64,000 nt of DNA, taken from the NCBI GenBank assembly GCA_030141605.1, contig JAQGDQ010000766.1, positions 36,085 to 100,084 on the forward strand, read 5' to 3'. Numbering within the stretch: the first letter of the stretch is position 1; every line of letters starts with the position of its first letter. The notes under the pieces were generated by a model. It ran no database searches. It had not been told where the DNA came from and was given only the letters and a program-made list of their open reading frames with translations. The DNA comes from Tubiluchus corallicola (Eukaryota > Animalia > Priapulida). The position numbers and the translations under genes were made by a program. Shown here piece after piece: positions 13,231-25,476 of this stretch.

Positions 13231-13273
13231 AGTAGTTTAAGAATAAATGTGCTGTATGTATTAAATCAAAGTA

Positions 13274-13956
13274 CCATATTTTCCCATGTATAAGAGACCC
13301 TTGTGTATAAGAGACCCCTTCAATTTTTAGGCAAAAATTCTGGAAAAAAGTTTTTTGGTAATGAATAACTTTATTCATCATAGAAATCATTAAATTCCTC
13401 ATCACTCTCATCAAAAATATCAACTGGAGTCAGACCTTCAGCAATTCCAGCCAGTTCATCATCAGCCAGTGCTGCGTACCTGCAAACCTGTAACAGGAAA
13501 AGATAAAACGAGGAGATAATGCCTGTGTCACGATGCTTGTATTGCTTACAACCGCTTCATAGTCGAACGCGACACGCCTTGCTTAGGCTGACTCATCTCG
13601 TTGACCTCTGCCGACATATCAATGACGTCGATGGGCATGCAGAGAGCTTATGCAGATGCGTTGATTGGCTGCAGAACAATCGATTTCTCTCCAATACCAA
13701 AGAGACATTTAAAAAAATAATAACTTACCCGGTACATTAATTTTATCATTAGAATTTAGCCATGGAGAAGATTTATTGAAAGGAAACTATAATTATTCGA
13801 AATAAAACAGTTGTAGAGCACTTATTTCATTAAAATCATTAGTGTCACAATTTATGCATCTTATTGAAAAGACTTACTCCCATGTATAAGAGACCCCCTA
13901 TTTTTAAAGTGAAAATTCTGAGCAAAAAAGGGTCTCTTATACATGGGAAAATACGG
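13274..13956 (-). mobile_element. Non-autonomous pogo-family DNA transposon retaining an acidic transposase-like C-tail
   Basis: 27-bp TIRs cc(a/g)tattttcccatgtataagagaccc, TA TSD; the minus strand encodes ...PVDIFDESDEEFNDFYDE*. Confidence 0.85.
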
Positions 13957-14144
13957 TAATTACATGTATTTAACATTAATCGTTGCGTTTCTGCTGCTGA
14001 ATCCATCATTATCGTAATCTAATTGGTCTAGTGTGATTGTTGTTTAATGTTAAATCATTTATTTGACAGCAGTTTGGGAAATTTTCGATTCTTTTTTCTT
14101 TGCAGAGAGCTGGCATTGTGGCCTCTCTTCCTGTGACTACAAAG

Positions 14145-15677
14145 ATGGACGAGACTACACAAGGAGTTCCTGGATGTGTGAAAATTGAACCTGATATTTT
14201 AGTTAACTGGATGAAGGGCAGCTCTCGTGATGAAATGCAACCTGACAATGTAAAAACTGAGAATGACGTCCTCGCAGACTATCTGGAAAACACTGATATC
14301 TGTAAAACAGGCATAACTGTGGAACCTGACATTGTCCACAAGGAAACTGACTTCAGTGTTTTGATGAATAGCGAAGGTAATAGTTTGAGTGACAAAGTAA
14401 CAGATGAAGATGTAAAAATTACTTATGAATCTGTAAAAATTGAACCTGATGCTTCAGATGCCGTAGTGAAGGAAAGCAAAGAGGATTTAATGGAAGATGA
14501 ACTTTTGGCATGTGTGAACAATAAAAGTAAAGAGCTGCTGTCGTTTAAGTTTGATCACATTGATCCTGCTGATAAATACGATCAAATCGTAGCTCATTCC
14601 ATTCAAAATTCACCAGAAACCACTAGTTTGAGCCACGGGCGAAAAATGTCTTTTAAGTGCCTTGAATGTGATGCCGTTTTAGCAAGTAAACGTGGTTTAA
14701 AAGTACACATGAGAACTCACGCTGAAGAAAAGCCATCTAAGTGTAGTCAGCGTGATGCTGCATTTGCTCATGCAAATGATTTGCAAGTACATTCAACAGC
14801 TCACACTGGAGAGAAACCCCACAAGTGTAGTCAGTGTGATGCTGCATTTGCTTACTCATGTCATCTCAAAACACATTTTAGAATTCACACTGGAGAGAAA
14901 CCATTCAAGTGTAATTATTGTGATGCTGCATTTAGTCGGGCAAATGCTAAGAAAGTGCATTTACGAACTCACACTGGAGAAAAACCATACAAGTGCAGTC
15001 AGTGTAGCGCTGCATTTGCACATGCAAGTAATCTGAAGATGCATTCAAGAACTCATACTGGGGAAAGGCCATACAAGTGTACTCAGTGCGTTGCTGTATT
15101 TGCTAATGCAAGTACTTTCAAGATACATTTAAGGGCTCACACTGGAGAAAAGCCATTCAAGTGTTGGCAGTGTGATGCTGCATTTACTCGGGCAGGGAGC
15201 ATGAAAGCTCATTTAAGAATTCACACTGGAGAGAAACCTTTCAAGTGTTCTCTGTGTAATGCTGCATTTGCCTATTCATGTCATCTCAAAACCCATTTTA
15301 GAATTCACACTGGAGAAAAACCTTTCAATTGCAGCGAGTGCAAGGCTGCATTTGCTTACTCGAGCCATCTTAAGACACATTTTAGAATTCACACTGGAGA
15401 AAAGCCATTCAAGTGCAATTTGTGTGGTGCCGCATTTGCTCAGGCAGTCAATCTGAGAAAGCACTCTAGAACTCACACTGGGGAAAAACCATACATGTGC
15501 ACTCAATGCGATGCTGTATTTGCTCATGCTGGTAATCTTAAGGTGCATTTCAGAACTCACACTGGAGAGAAACCATTTAAGTGCAATCTGTGTGATGCTG
15601 CATTTGCTCAGGCAGTCACTCTGAGAAAACATTCAAGAATTCATACTAAAGAAAAACCAGTCATGTCAGCACTATGA
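14145..15677 (+). CDS. Tandem C2H2 zinc-finger protein (gene B), 510 aa, 11 intact plus 1 degenerate finger
   Basis: C2H2/TGEKP array; acceptor ttgcag| at 14105; ATG in aaagATGG context at 14145. Confidence 0.93.
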   Translation: MDETTQGVPGCVKIEPDILVNWMKGSSRDEMQPDNVKTENDVLADYLENTDICKTGITVEPDIVHKETDFSVLMNSEGNSLSDKVTDEDVKITYESVKIEPDASDAVVKESKEDLMEDELLACVNNKSKELLSFKFDHIDPADKYDQIVAHSIQNSPETTSLSHGRKMSFKCLECDAVLASKRGLKVHMRTHAEEKPSKCSQRDAAFAHANDLQVHSTAHTGEKPHKCSQCDAAFAYSCHLKTHFRIHTGEKPFKCNYCDAAFSRANAKKVHLRTHTGEKPYKCSQCSAAFAHASNLKMHSRTHTGERPYKCTQCVAVFANASTFKIHLRAHTGEKPFKCWQCDAAFTRAGSMKAHLRIHTGEKPFKCSLCNAAFAYSCHLKTHFRIHTGEKPFNCSECKAAFAYSSHLKTHFRIHTGEKPFKCNLCGAAFAQAVNLRKHSRTHTGEKPYMCTQCDAVFAHAGNLKVHFRTHTGEKPFKCNLCDAAFAQAVTLRKHSRIHTKEKPVMSAL

Positions 15678-16250
15678 AAAGGCATTTAAAAACTCTGTGA
15701 TAAACCATTTAACTGCAACAAGTGCTTGGTGGACCTAGAGTAATTTAAGACATCATTATCAAACCTATGGACAAAGGAATCGTTTTGCATTTAGTCATTG
15801 TTTCGCTAATTTAATTTTGTGAGTTTACTCACTTAGACCAACATCTCAGAATTTATAAAGAATAAACAGCCAATGTTTCCTCAGTTAGCAAAACAAAAAC
15901 TCACACAAGAAAAATCACTTTCTTGTTTTGTCACTGTGATGCAAAATGATCGTGTAATTATAATTGACCTAGGAGAATTCATGCGGGAGAAAAATCTTTT
16001 GTATGTAGTTATTGCGGTGCCACATTTATTTAGCTCAAAAATTTGAAACAACATCTGTGAAATGTTTTAAATATAATCATTTTAACCCTTCAACTGCATG
16101 GTGTGCTGCATTTGCTAAGGATGACTCGGACCTGAAAAGCACCTGTGAACTGATGCTTAGAATCTGTTTAACCCTTTAGTTGTATGAGTAACGAAACTGC
16201 TATGTATAATTAGAAGTGAGCTAATTTTACTCAGTCAGTTATTCTGAAAA
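15678..16250 (+). pseudogene. Decayed zinc-finger repeats downstream of the gene B stop
   Basis: About 15974-16060 reads RIHAGEKSFVCSYCGATFI*LKNLKQHL*; KPFNCNKC occurs near 15703. Confidence 0.75.
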
Positions 16251-17924
16251 AATTGTTGAGATGGAAAATCCATTGATTATTTTGCTGCTTGTAGCAAACA
16301 TCACAATGCTAATGAAATAAAAATTGTTATTGAATATTTACTCTCAGCTCTGATGTTCCAGAAACAGTCAGAACTTTGAAAGGCAATTTTTTATACAAAT
16401 TTCATCCAGTAAAGCCAATAGCCATGAAAACTATTCGTTATCGTTTCTATTCTAAATGATTAACAGAATTTAAATTGTGTTGTTGTCACTGAAAAGGATA
16501 GCGTGTTCCATTCCTGGAGTTTTGATTTTTTTGTTAAAAATTTTGTATTTGTATTTGAACCACGACTTGCGGTCTCTTGAAAAATTTTGTGAGCTGTTTT
16601 TCATTAATGATTGATTAATAAAAACATATTAATAATCTAATAATAATCTTTTTGTGTATCTTGTAACACGCGCACAGTTATAATACAATTAATTTGGAAA
16701 CAAAAATGTGAAAAAAGGGCAGCGAAAGACCAATATTCACACAATTATGATAGTGAAGTATGTCTGCTATAATAGCTGTGATTTTGTGCCATTCTAAGTT
16801 TAGTGATATAAGCAAAGGACATAAAATATTGCGTTAACAGTATAAATATTGTGAGATTTTGGCACCTATTTTGTTGTAATGAATTCAACTTTTCATTCTC
16901 AGATTTGATTTATTTATTTTGCTTTCACATTTTTGTTAATGCTTTGGAAATCGTTGCCTCCATTCCCAGTTCTTGTGCATATCTTTATATTTTTAGGAAA
17001 ATTACATAAATCATTTTAAAATTGCGAATATAAACACATACCTGGCTGAGATAGGTAGATTTGTAGGTGCCAATTATACCTTCTTTTTATATTGTTAAAC
17101 ACTAGATGTTTACAGTTCTACAAATTCATTAATTTTTTATAAATTATGATTTTTAAAATACAGAGAACTTGTCATTACAACTATAATAAACTAGAATTAA
17201 TCTTTTTGTAATATCGAAGTACAGATCTGTGTAAAAATAAAATGTAAATATAATCTGTCATAAGCTCCAAAACTGGCTAAGAATTTATAGCTGCTTATAA
17301 AATTTAGGTGAACATTTTAAATCGTGGAAACCGATTTGAGAAATTTAAATGGATTCAAATGCCTGACGAACTCAAGTATTAAGTTTCCTGATTGTTGCTG
17401 TACTTTAACAAATCTGTCACCAGGTAGAGCATGCTTGTGTAATTAAAATTCCAAAAACTGGCAAAAAGATAAAATTTTATAGCAGATCGTAGCTGGTTAC
17501 GAAGTGGCACCAATGGTCATGTACTACTATATTACTAGTGCTTATGACGACAATGATAATGCTGGTACTAGTTACTCAAGGTTTTGTTACCTATTATTAA
17601 AATGATGTATTAACTATTATGCTTCTCTTACAAAGTAATAGACAGGATAGCATGTGATTAGATATGACTATTATTATTACAGCTAATAATTTTTACATTA
17701 TTATTTTAATTATTATTCTTATCAAATAATATTATAATAATAATTATTTGTTTCTTTTATTAATATTGTTGCTGTTGATCATGTTAATACCAGCATACTG
17801 TTTATAAATATTAATGTTATTAATTATTTACAATAATTTTATTAGTTGCATTTGTGCCAATCTAATTTTTTCTCGCAAATGCAATCTGTACTGCAGGTGA
17901 AACAAATTTTTTTTGCTCTTACTA

Positions 17925-18090
17925 ATACAGGTCGTGACGAATGCCAGCAACAGCAGCAGAAAATGGAATCGCCGTCGTTTTAGAAACGCAGCATGTTGAA
18001 GGATAGAAGATGGAGAATATTTGCTGATGGCGAAAATTTGTCGCTATAAATGTAAATCTGTAATTGATTTACATTTTATATGGTATATTA
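17925..18090 (+). promoter_or_regulatory. Putative promoter / first exon of gene C
   Basis: GTCGTGAC...GAATCGCCGTCGTTT...GAAGATGGAG...ATG|GTATAT (exon ends 18082). Confidence 0.55.
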
Positions 18091-18567
18091 TTTACAGAAC
18101 ATAATTTCCTATTTTTGAATTTTATAATTTCATTGCGGTCCACTTGCAATTTAGTTGGTTCTAACACCCTACTACCTTCCTGTATGAGTCCCTTTACTAA
18201 CACTCTACCTCTTTCCCAGTCCAAGCCTCCCCCCTCACTCCATTTCCATATATACCACTGATTCACACCTACGACATCCTACCGCACTGCCAAACCTGAC
18301 AAACGCCAAGAGTATCAAGGCACCAATAACACCACGCCGGGTCATACTTTAAAAATGGTACCGGCTATTGCCCGGCCCGAGGCGTTGTAAATTAGGGTAA
18401 AAGTGAGGTAATAATAGTCTCTGTAGTTGTAGGTTGCTGTTTAGTCTATATAATGGACTTAAAGAACTACTGTGGAGAATGACTTCGGAGTGTTTATTTT
18501 GTATCAAAAGCATTTTTCTTCAACGGTCACATTATCTACCTAATTCTTACATAAACAACTTATATAT

Positions 18568-18771
18568 AAATGCAGGACAACATATACATCATTATCAAAC
18601 TGTTAAATGTATCACAATATACACATCATTATCAAACTGTTAAATGCAAGACAACATACACATCATTATCAAACTGTTAAATGCAGGACAACATACACAT
18701 TATTATCAAACTTTTAAATGCAGGACAACATACACATCATTATCAAACTGTTAATTGTAGGACAACATACA
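18568..18771. repeat. ~37-bp minisatellite (5-6 copies) in the gene C intron
   Basis: Unit aaatgcaggacaacatacacatcattatcaaactgtt. Confidence 0.9.
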
Positions 18772-19167
18772 TGGTTTTACTATGTAGCTTGTTAAGCTGA
18801 AACTTGAACTTTTTCTTCAAAGCATCTAACAATAACTAAACATTTTAATGGCATTTCTAATAATAGCTGTCGTAGTAGATGTAATAATTAAATCCCTTTC
18901 TGTTGAGGAAGATTACAGACTTTGCAGTTACGCCTTCCAATCTTTAGCCATTGTGCAATTGGGAGCTCTGTTGCTTCGGTAGATGAATAGCACACTTGCT
19001 GCTAGTAACTGGCTTCTCCTGAGTCCATCATTATTATAAGATAATTGTTTCTGATGTTACTAACATTAAATATTTCTTTACTTATTTTTTAAAAGTTTCG
19101 TAAGTTCTTAATTTACTTTTTTGCAGAGAGCTAGTACTGCCACTCTGCTCATACATCTCTTACAAAC

Positions 19168-20832
19168 ATGGACCAGGCTGTACAAGCAGTTCTTTCAAGG
19201 GTGAAAGTTGAACCTGGTATTTTAGTTAACTTCGTAGAGGGCAGCACTGATGATAAAGTGCAAGCTGCGAATGTAAAAACTGAATGTGACGGTGAAACAG
19301 TTGACATAAAAGGCAATAACAAATATGGAAGAGTAGAATGCGAGTTTCAAACAAATGAAACAACTATAAAAACTGCTTATGATATGCTTCCAGATGATAA
19401 TAATAGGCAAAACACTGATATCTGTAAAACACACATGATAGTGCAACCTGACATTGTCCACTTGAAAACTGACTTCAGTGTTTTGATGAATAGGGAAGGT
19501 AATAGTTTGAGTGACGAAGTAACAGATAATGATGTAAAAACTGCTTGTGAATTTGTGAAAATTGAACCTGATTGTTCAGATGATATTGTGAATAAAAGCA
19601 AAGAGGATTTAATGGAAGATGAACTTTTAGTAAACGTGAACGACAAAAGTAAAGAGCTGCTGTCATTTAACCTTGATCACTCTGATCCCGCTGTTAATCA
19701 CGATGAAATAGAATCTTCTTTCTTTCAAGAAAAATTGAACGGGTTTAATCATGGTGCTGGTGCAAGGAATTTGGAAAAACCTTCAGATACTCACACTGGA
19801 GAAAAAACTTTCAAGTGCAGTCAGTGTGATGCAGCTTTTGTTAAATCAAACCTTTTGAAAAGACATTTAAGAACTCACACTGGAGAAAAATACAAGTGCA
19901 GTCGCTGTAATGCCGCATTTACTCATGCAGTTGGTCTGAATGTACATCTAAGAATTCACACTGGAGAGAAACCATTCAAGTGTAGTCAGTATAGTGCAGA
20001 TTTTGCTCGAGCAGGTGGGCTGGTGCAACATTTAAGAAATGACACTAGAGAGAAAACATTTAAGTGCAGTCAGTGTAGTGCTGCATTTGCTCATAATGCC
20101 AGTCTGACAAGACATTCAAGAATTCACACTGGAGAGAAACCTTTCAAGTGTAGTCAGTGTGATGCTGCGTTTGCTAACAGTGCCAGTCTGACAAGACATT
20201 CAAGAATTCACACTGGAGAAAAACCTTTCAAGTGCAATCAGTGTGATGCTGCATTTGTTGACTCAGGTTGTTTGAAAACACATTTAAGAATTCATACTGG
20301 AGAGAAACCTTTCAAGTGTAGTCGGTGTGAAGCTACATTTGCTTACTCGGGCCATCTCAAAACACATTTTAGAATTCACACGGGAGAAAAACCGTTCAAG
20401 TGTAGTCAGTGTGATGCTGCATTTAGTGGGGCAACTGCTAAGAAAGTACATTTAAGAATTCACACTGGAGAAAAACCTTTCAAGTGCAGTCAGTGTAATG
20501 CTGCGTTTGCTCACAGTTCCAGTTTGACAAGACATTCAAGAACCCACACTGGAGAGAAGCCTTTCAAGTGTAGTGAGTGTGATGCTGCATTTGCTGACTT
20601 AGGCTCTCTCAAAACACATTTTAGAATTCACACTGGTGAAAAACCGTTTAAGTGTAGTCAATGTGGTGCTGCGTTTAGACATGCAAGTGCTAGGAAAGAA
20701 CATTTAAGAATTCACACTGGAGAAAAACGTTTTAAGTGTGTTCAATGTAATGCTGCATTTGCTCGAGCAGATCGTCTGTCAAGACATTCAGAAATTCACA
20801 CTAGAGAAAAACCGTTGAGGTGGGCACACTGA
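19168..20832 (+). CDS. Tandem C2H2 zinc-finger protein (gene C), 554 aa, 11 intact plus 1 degenerate finger
   Basis: C2H2/TGEKP array; acceptor ttgcag| at 19126; aaacATGG start. Confidence 0.94.
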   Translation: MDQAVQAVLSRVKVEPGILVNFVEGSTDDKVQAANVKTECDGETVDIKGNNKYGRVECEFQTNETTIKTAYDMLPDDNNRQNTDICKTHMIVQPDIVHLKTDFSVLMNREGNSLSDEVTDNDVKTACEFVKIEPDCSDDIVNKSKEDLMEDELLVNVNDKSKELLSFNLDHSDPAVNHDEIESSFFQEKLNGFNHGAGARNLEKPSDTHTGEKTFKCSQCDAAFVKSNLLKRHLRTHTGEKYKCSRCNAAFTHAVGLNVHLRIHTGEKPFKCSQYSADFARAGGLVQHLRNDTREKTFKCSQCSAAFAHNASLTRHSRIHTGEKPFKCSQCDAAFANSASLTRHSRIHTGEKPFKCNQCDAAFVDSGCLKTHLRIHTGEKPFKCSRCEATFAYSGHLKTHFRIHTGEKPFKCSQCDAAFSGATAKKVHLRIHTGEKPFKCSQCNAAFAHSSSLTRHSRTHTGEKPFKCSECDAAFADLGSLKTHFRIHTGEKPFKCSQCGAAFRHASARKEHLRIHTGEKRFKCVQCNAAFARADRLSRHSEIHTREKPLRWAH

Positions 20833-21600
20833 CTGGATATTTAAAGACTCTGTGATAAACCTTTTAACTGCAACAAGTGTTTGGTGAACCTACAGTAATT
20901 TAAGACATCACTATCAAACTTATTGACGAAAGAATCGTTTTGCATTTAGTCATTGTTTCGCTAATTTAATTTTAATTCAGTTAGACCAACATCTTAGAAT
21001 TTATAAGGAATAAACAGTCAATGTTTCCTCAGTCAGTTACAGAAAGTTCAAGCAGGAAAAATCACTTTATAGTTTTGTCAGTGTGATGCAAATAGATTAG
21101 GTAATCACAATTGGCGCAGGAGAATTCTTACAAGAGAAAAACCTTTTGTATGTAGTTATTGCGGTGCCACATTTATTTAGCCCAAGAAGTTGAAACAACA
21201 TCCGTGAACTGTTTCAAATAGAATCATTTTAACCCTTCAACTGTGTGATGCCTAGCATGATACTGCATTTGCTAGGGATGACTCAGACCTGAAAAGCACC
21301 TGTGAACTGATGCAGTAGAATCATTTTAACCCTTCAACTGTATGATGCTTAGCATGATACTGCATTTGCTAGGGATGACTCAGACCAGAAAAGCATCTGA
21401 ACTGTTTCAAATAGAATCATTTTAACCCTTCAACTATATGTTGGATGATTTTGCATTTTCTAAGGATGACTTGGACCTGAAAAGCACCTGTGAACTGATG
21501 CAGAAGAATCTTTAAATGATATGGTGCCTTTGCCCTCTTTACCAGAATTTCATTATTAATCACACAGGAGCAAAGCTGTTAAGTGTAATTAGAATTAAGG
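20833..21600 (+). pseudogene. Decayed zinc-finger repeats downstream of gene C, including a ~98-bp triplication (21220-21510)
   Basis: 21121-21207 reads RILTREKPFVCSYCGATFI*PKKLKQHP*; homologous to the gene B tail. Confidence 0.75.
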
Positions 21601-22919
21601 TAAATTTGGTCAGCTAATTGTTCTGAAAGAACTTTTCATAATTCGAGTGATGGAAAATCCATTGACTATTTTTCTGCTTGTGTCTTTACCAGCACTCAGA
21701 ACGTGGATGAAGTAAAAACTGGCTTTGAATATTTACTTTCTGCAATGATGCTTAAGTTTTTGAAATAATTTTTTATGCAAATTTCGTCCAGCAAACCCAA
21801 TAATCACTGAATACTAAGAATAGATGAGAAATTAAATAATAATTAGTGTGAATGATTAACGTAATCTAGATTGTGTTGTTTTTATAAAAAAGAATATCAT
21901 GTTTCATTCCTGGGTTATTGAATTGTTGAAAATTTTGTATTAATGTATTAAACTCCGGACTTGTGTGTTTAAAAAAAATTGAACTGTTTTTCGTGAATTG
22001 GTTGATTAATGAAAAAATTAATCACACAAATATGATTGTGAAGTATGTCAGCTCTAATAACAGTTACATCGGCTGTTTTAAATTGGGTGAACTAAGCAAA
22101 GGACATAAATTAACATGTTAACAATGTAATTATCATCACTTTTGCTATAATAAAGTCAATTTTTTATTTATTGATTTTGCTTCCACGTTTATTTGAAACT
22201 GTGCCTCCAATTTCCTGTGAATATCTTTTTATTTTCAGGAAAATTACACAAAACACTTAAAATTTTCTGGGATATGTAAGTCTGTAGGTTCCATTTGTAT
22301 TTGTGAGTGTGTTAAACCCAAATAATTAACTTTATAAAAGTCCTGTTACTTATAAATTATGGTGAACTCTCTAAAATCTTGTAAATTCAATTAATAGTTC
22401 ATCATCCATGGATTTAATGTCTGATGAACTCAACCCTTAAGCTTCCAGGTGGAGGAGGCTTTACTGTAGTATAATTATAATTGAAAAAATCGTCAAAAAG
22501 CAAAATTTTTATATCGGTCATTAGCAGCGTATGTTGTGGTACTAGTGATCATGTACTACAATAATACTGATGCTCACAACGATGACGATAATGATGATGT
22601 TGGTTGTTGAGGCTTTCTGTTCTCTAATATTTGATATTTTTTGTTCCTGCCATAAATGTAACACACAAGATGGCTTCTGACATGATATAATAATAATCAT
22701 CATCATTATTATTATCGTATTATTTATATTATTATTGTTGTTGTTATTATTATTATTATTATTGCTGTTGAAGAATGCTAATACCAGCGTGCTGTTTATA
22801 TATGTTAAAGTATTAATTATTTATATTAAATTTATTTCCTGCATTTGTGGCAGCCTAAAATTTTTCACCACTCTTCAAAATCTACACCGCAGGTGAGACA
22901 GAAATTTTTTGCTGTTATT

Positions 22920-23017
22920 TATACAAGTCGTGACAAATGGAGTCGGCAACGTGAAATCGAAGCGCCGCGATTTTAGGAACGCTTCTTCATGAAAGAAGAT
23001 GGAGATTTTTAGTCCTG
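22920..23017 (+). promoter_or_regulatory. Putative promoter / first exon of gene D, with the donor deleted
   Basis: Essentially identical to the gene A module up to agtcctg, then a 302-bp deletion. Confidence 0.55.
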
Positions 23018-23706
23018 ATTATTTTTTAAATTATAGTTGTCGTTTTTTTAATTTTAGTTTTTAGCTACCTGAATAATTTTTTCTATGAACAATTTCGTAT
23101 CCATTACTTCCACATTATTACTAATGGTTTGTTTGTTTGTTGTTATTTTTTACGTATGACGTAATTATAAACGAGGAAAATAAATTTTACAGTACATTGT
23201 CTGCAATCACTGTCTAATCAGAAGCTGCTTAAAAATAGCAGGTATGATTGTTTTTGCAATCTATCGTTTCACATTGCTGGCTAACACTATGGGCCGCAAC
23301 TTACTTCCTTGTTCTATCCATGCAAAGTGACATCTATGTGACAAAAAGAAAGTCGGCAATGGTTAAAAAAACTAAATTCAATCTGTCACAAGTCGAAGAG
23401 CTTATCATTTTGTTTGATCATGTGAGTTTATTAACTCTATCATGTAATGGCAACTCCCTGCTCGGTGTGCCATTAGCAATACCTTTACAGGGCCCTGAGT
23501 GATGATCCTCTCTGAGCATGCTCAGTAACTGCTGACTGTGCAATTGTGTTAATCTGCATAATCAGCAGCCTATCTAAGAAAGTTAGCTAGTGCTGTGCAT
23601 TAGTTACTGTGTCAACACCATTGGATCTGTACATAGCCATATTGTTGTTTCAATAAAGTGTTTATGTAACTTTTAGATCGTCTTTATTTGTGCTGTTTTT
23701 GTAGGA

Positions 23707-24181
23707 CAACATACACATTATTATCATACTGTTAATTGCAATAAAACATACACATTGTTATCATACTGTTAATTGCAATGAAACATGCACATTGTTATCA
23801 TACTGTTATTTGCAATAAAACATACACATTGTTATCATACTGTTAATTGCAATAAAACATACACATTGTTATCATACTGTTAATTGTAATAAAACATACA
23901 CATTGTTATCATACTGTTATTTGCAATAAAACATACACTTTGTTATCATACTGTTAATTGCAATAAAACATTCACATTGTTATCATACTGTTAATTGTAA
24001 TAAAACATACACATTGTTATCATACTGTTAATTGTAATAAAACATACACATTGTTATCATACTGTTAATTGTAATAAAACATACACATTGTTATCATACT
24101 GTTAATTGTAATAAAACATACACATTGTTATCATATTGTTAATTGCAATAAAACGTACACATTGTTATCATACTGTTAATT
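23707..24181. repeat. 37-bp minisatellite (about 13 copies) in the gene D intron
   Basis: Unit aaaacatacacattgttatcatactgttaattgcaat. Confidence 0.95.
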
Positions 24182-25476
24182 TCTAACTCGGCATGCTAAC
24201 AGCTAAAATTCCATAACCAATCTTGAAGAGTGATGTTTATTTAACATTTTATTTTTCTTCTAATTGTAAATTTTGTCACCTATGAGTGTGACAATTTTCT
24301 TTTAAGTTTGTGCAAATCTGAGAGAATGTAAATACTTTTAAGAAGCATTATGAAAATCCGGGAGTCACTTTGGGAGGGTTTATAAGCAGTTCCTGAACTT
24401 GTGAAAATTGAAAATGGTGTTCTAAATGAACTGATAGATGTTAACATACAAACTAACAATGTACCATTAACAACTTATGTACCATAAGAAATTGATGATG
24501 AATCAGATAAGGTAAATAACAGCAACAAGTAGAAGAGTATGATGCCCTCGCAGATAATATGGAAAAATTGTTGCTGTACGTCGCCAAACCACGTGTCTTT
24601 ACACACCACAAGTAGTTTATGTGTGAATTAGTAGTTGTTGTCTGATGTCTCCGCTACTGCTGATCTAACTAATGGTGTGAGAAATACTCCACCAATGTTC
24701 AGAATCCCTAAAAGAATGGTTTGTCCATTAGCTCCTCTAAGTGGAGAAGTATGGCAATGCAAATCTTTTACCCCCGGAGTTGTGCTGGTGGGACGTAATA
24801 GGTGCCGATATTTAACATTTCTACATTTAACTATAATCCTTTATACAACGTCAGTAGAATGTAGCCATTAACACCAAAACAAAACTTATGACAACCTGAA
24901 GAAAGGTACCACGTAAATTGACCCATTAAAAATGTCCTGGACATCCGTTCAAAAGGAAAATTCGGTACCTGAATAAACGAGGTAGAATGTCCTCGTATGT
25001 ATCGCATCATATGCTGCAATGGCTTCTATGTCGATTTAAATCTATTTGCGGACCGTGTATATCAGTCTGTCAACTAGAAGTTATGCATCGCATGGCTGTT
25101 ACATATGAATTCATATTTTTGTAGATCTAAAGGTTTTAGTTATTGTTAAACAGAAATTGAAATGTTTTCTAGAATTTTCCTCCAAATTCAAAGTCATTCT
25201 TAACAGTTGCTGCTTTGTATATGATTGACGATTGCAGATCTCCCAGTTGTTTCTGCTGAATTTACAAACTTTAGCATTTCTGCAACTCGGTAGCTCTTTT
25301 GCTGTGGCAGCATCAATTTTCTGCTGTTAAATGGCCTCCCTAAATCCATTTTTACCACATTCTAGTGTGATTAATGCTTAATGTTGAATCATTTGTTTTG
25401 AAGTAGTTTGGAAAGTTTTTAATTTCCTTTTTTGCAGAGAGCTGGCATTACCGCCTCTCCTCTTGTGACTACAAAG

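Noticed and set aside
14145-15677. PRDM9 or KRAB-ZNF orthology
   Set aside because: No SET, KRAB or SSXRD sequence is visible, and the fingers are more heterogeneous than a PRDM9 minisatellite. It is an analogy only.
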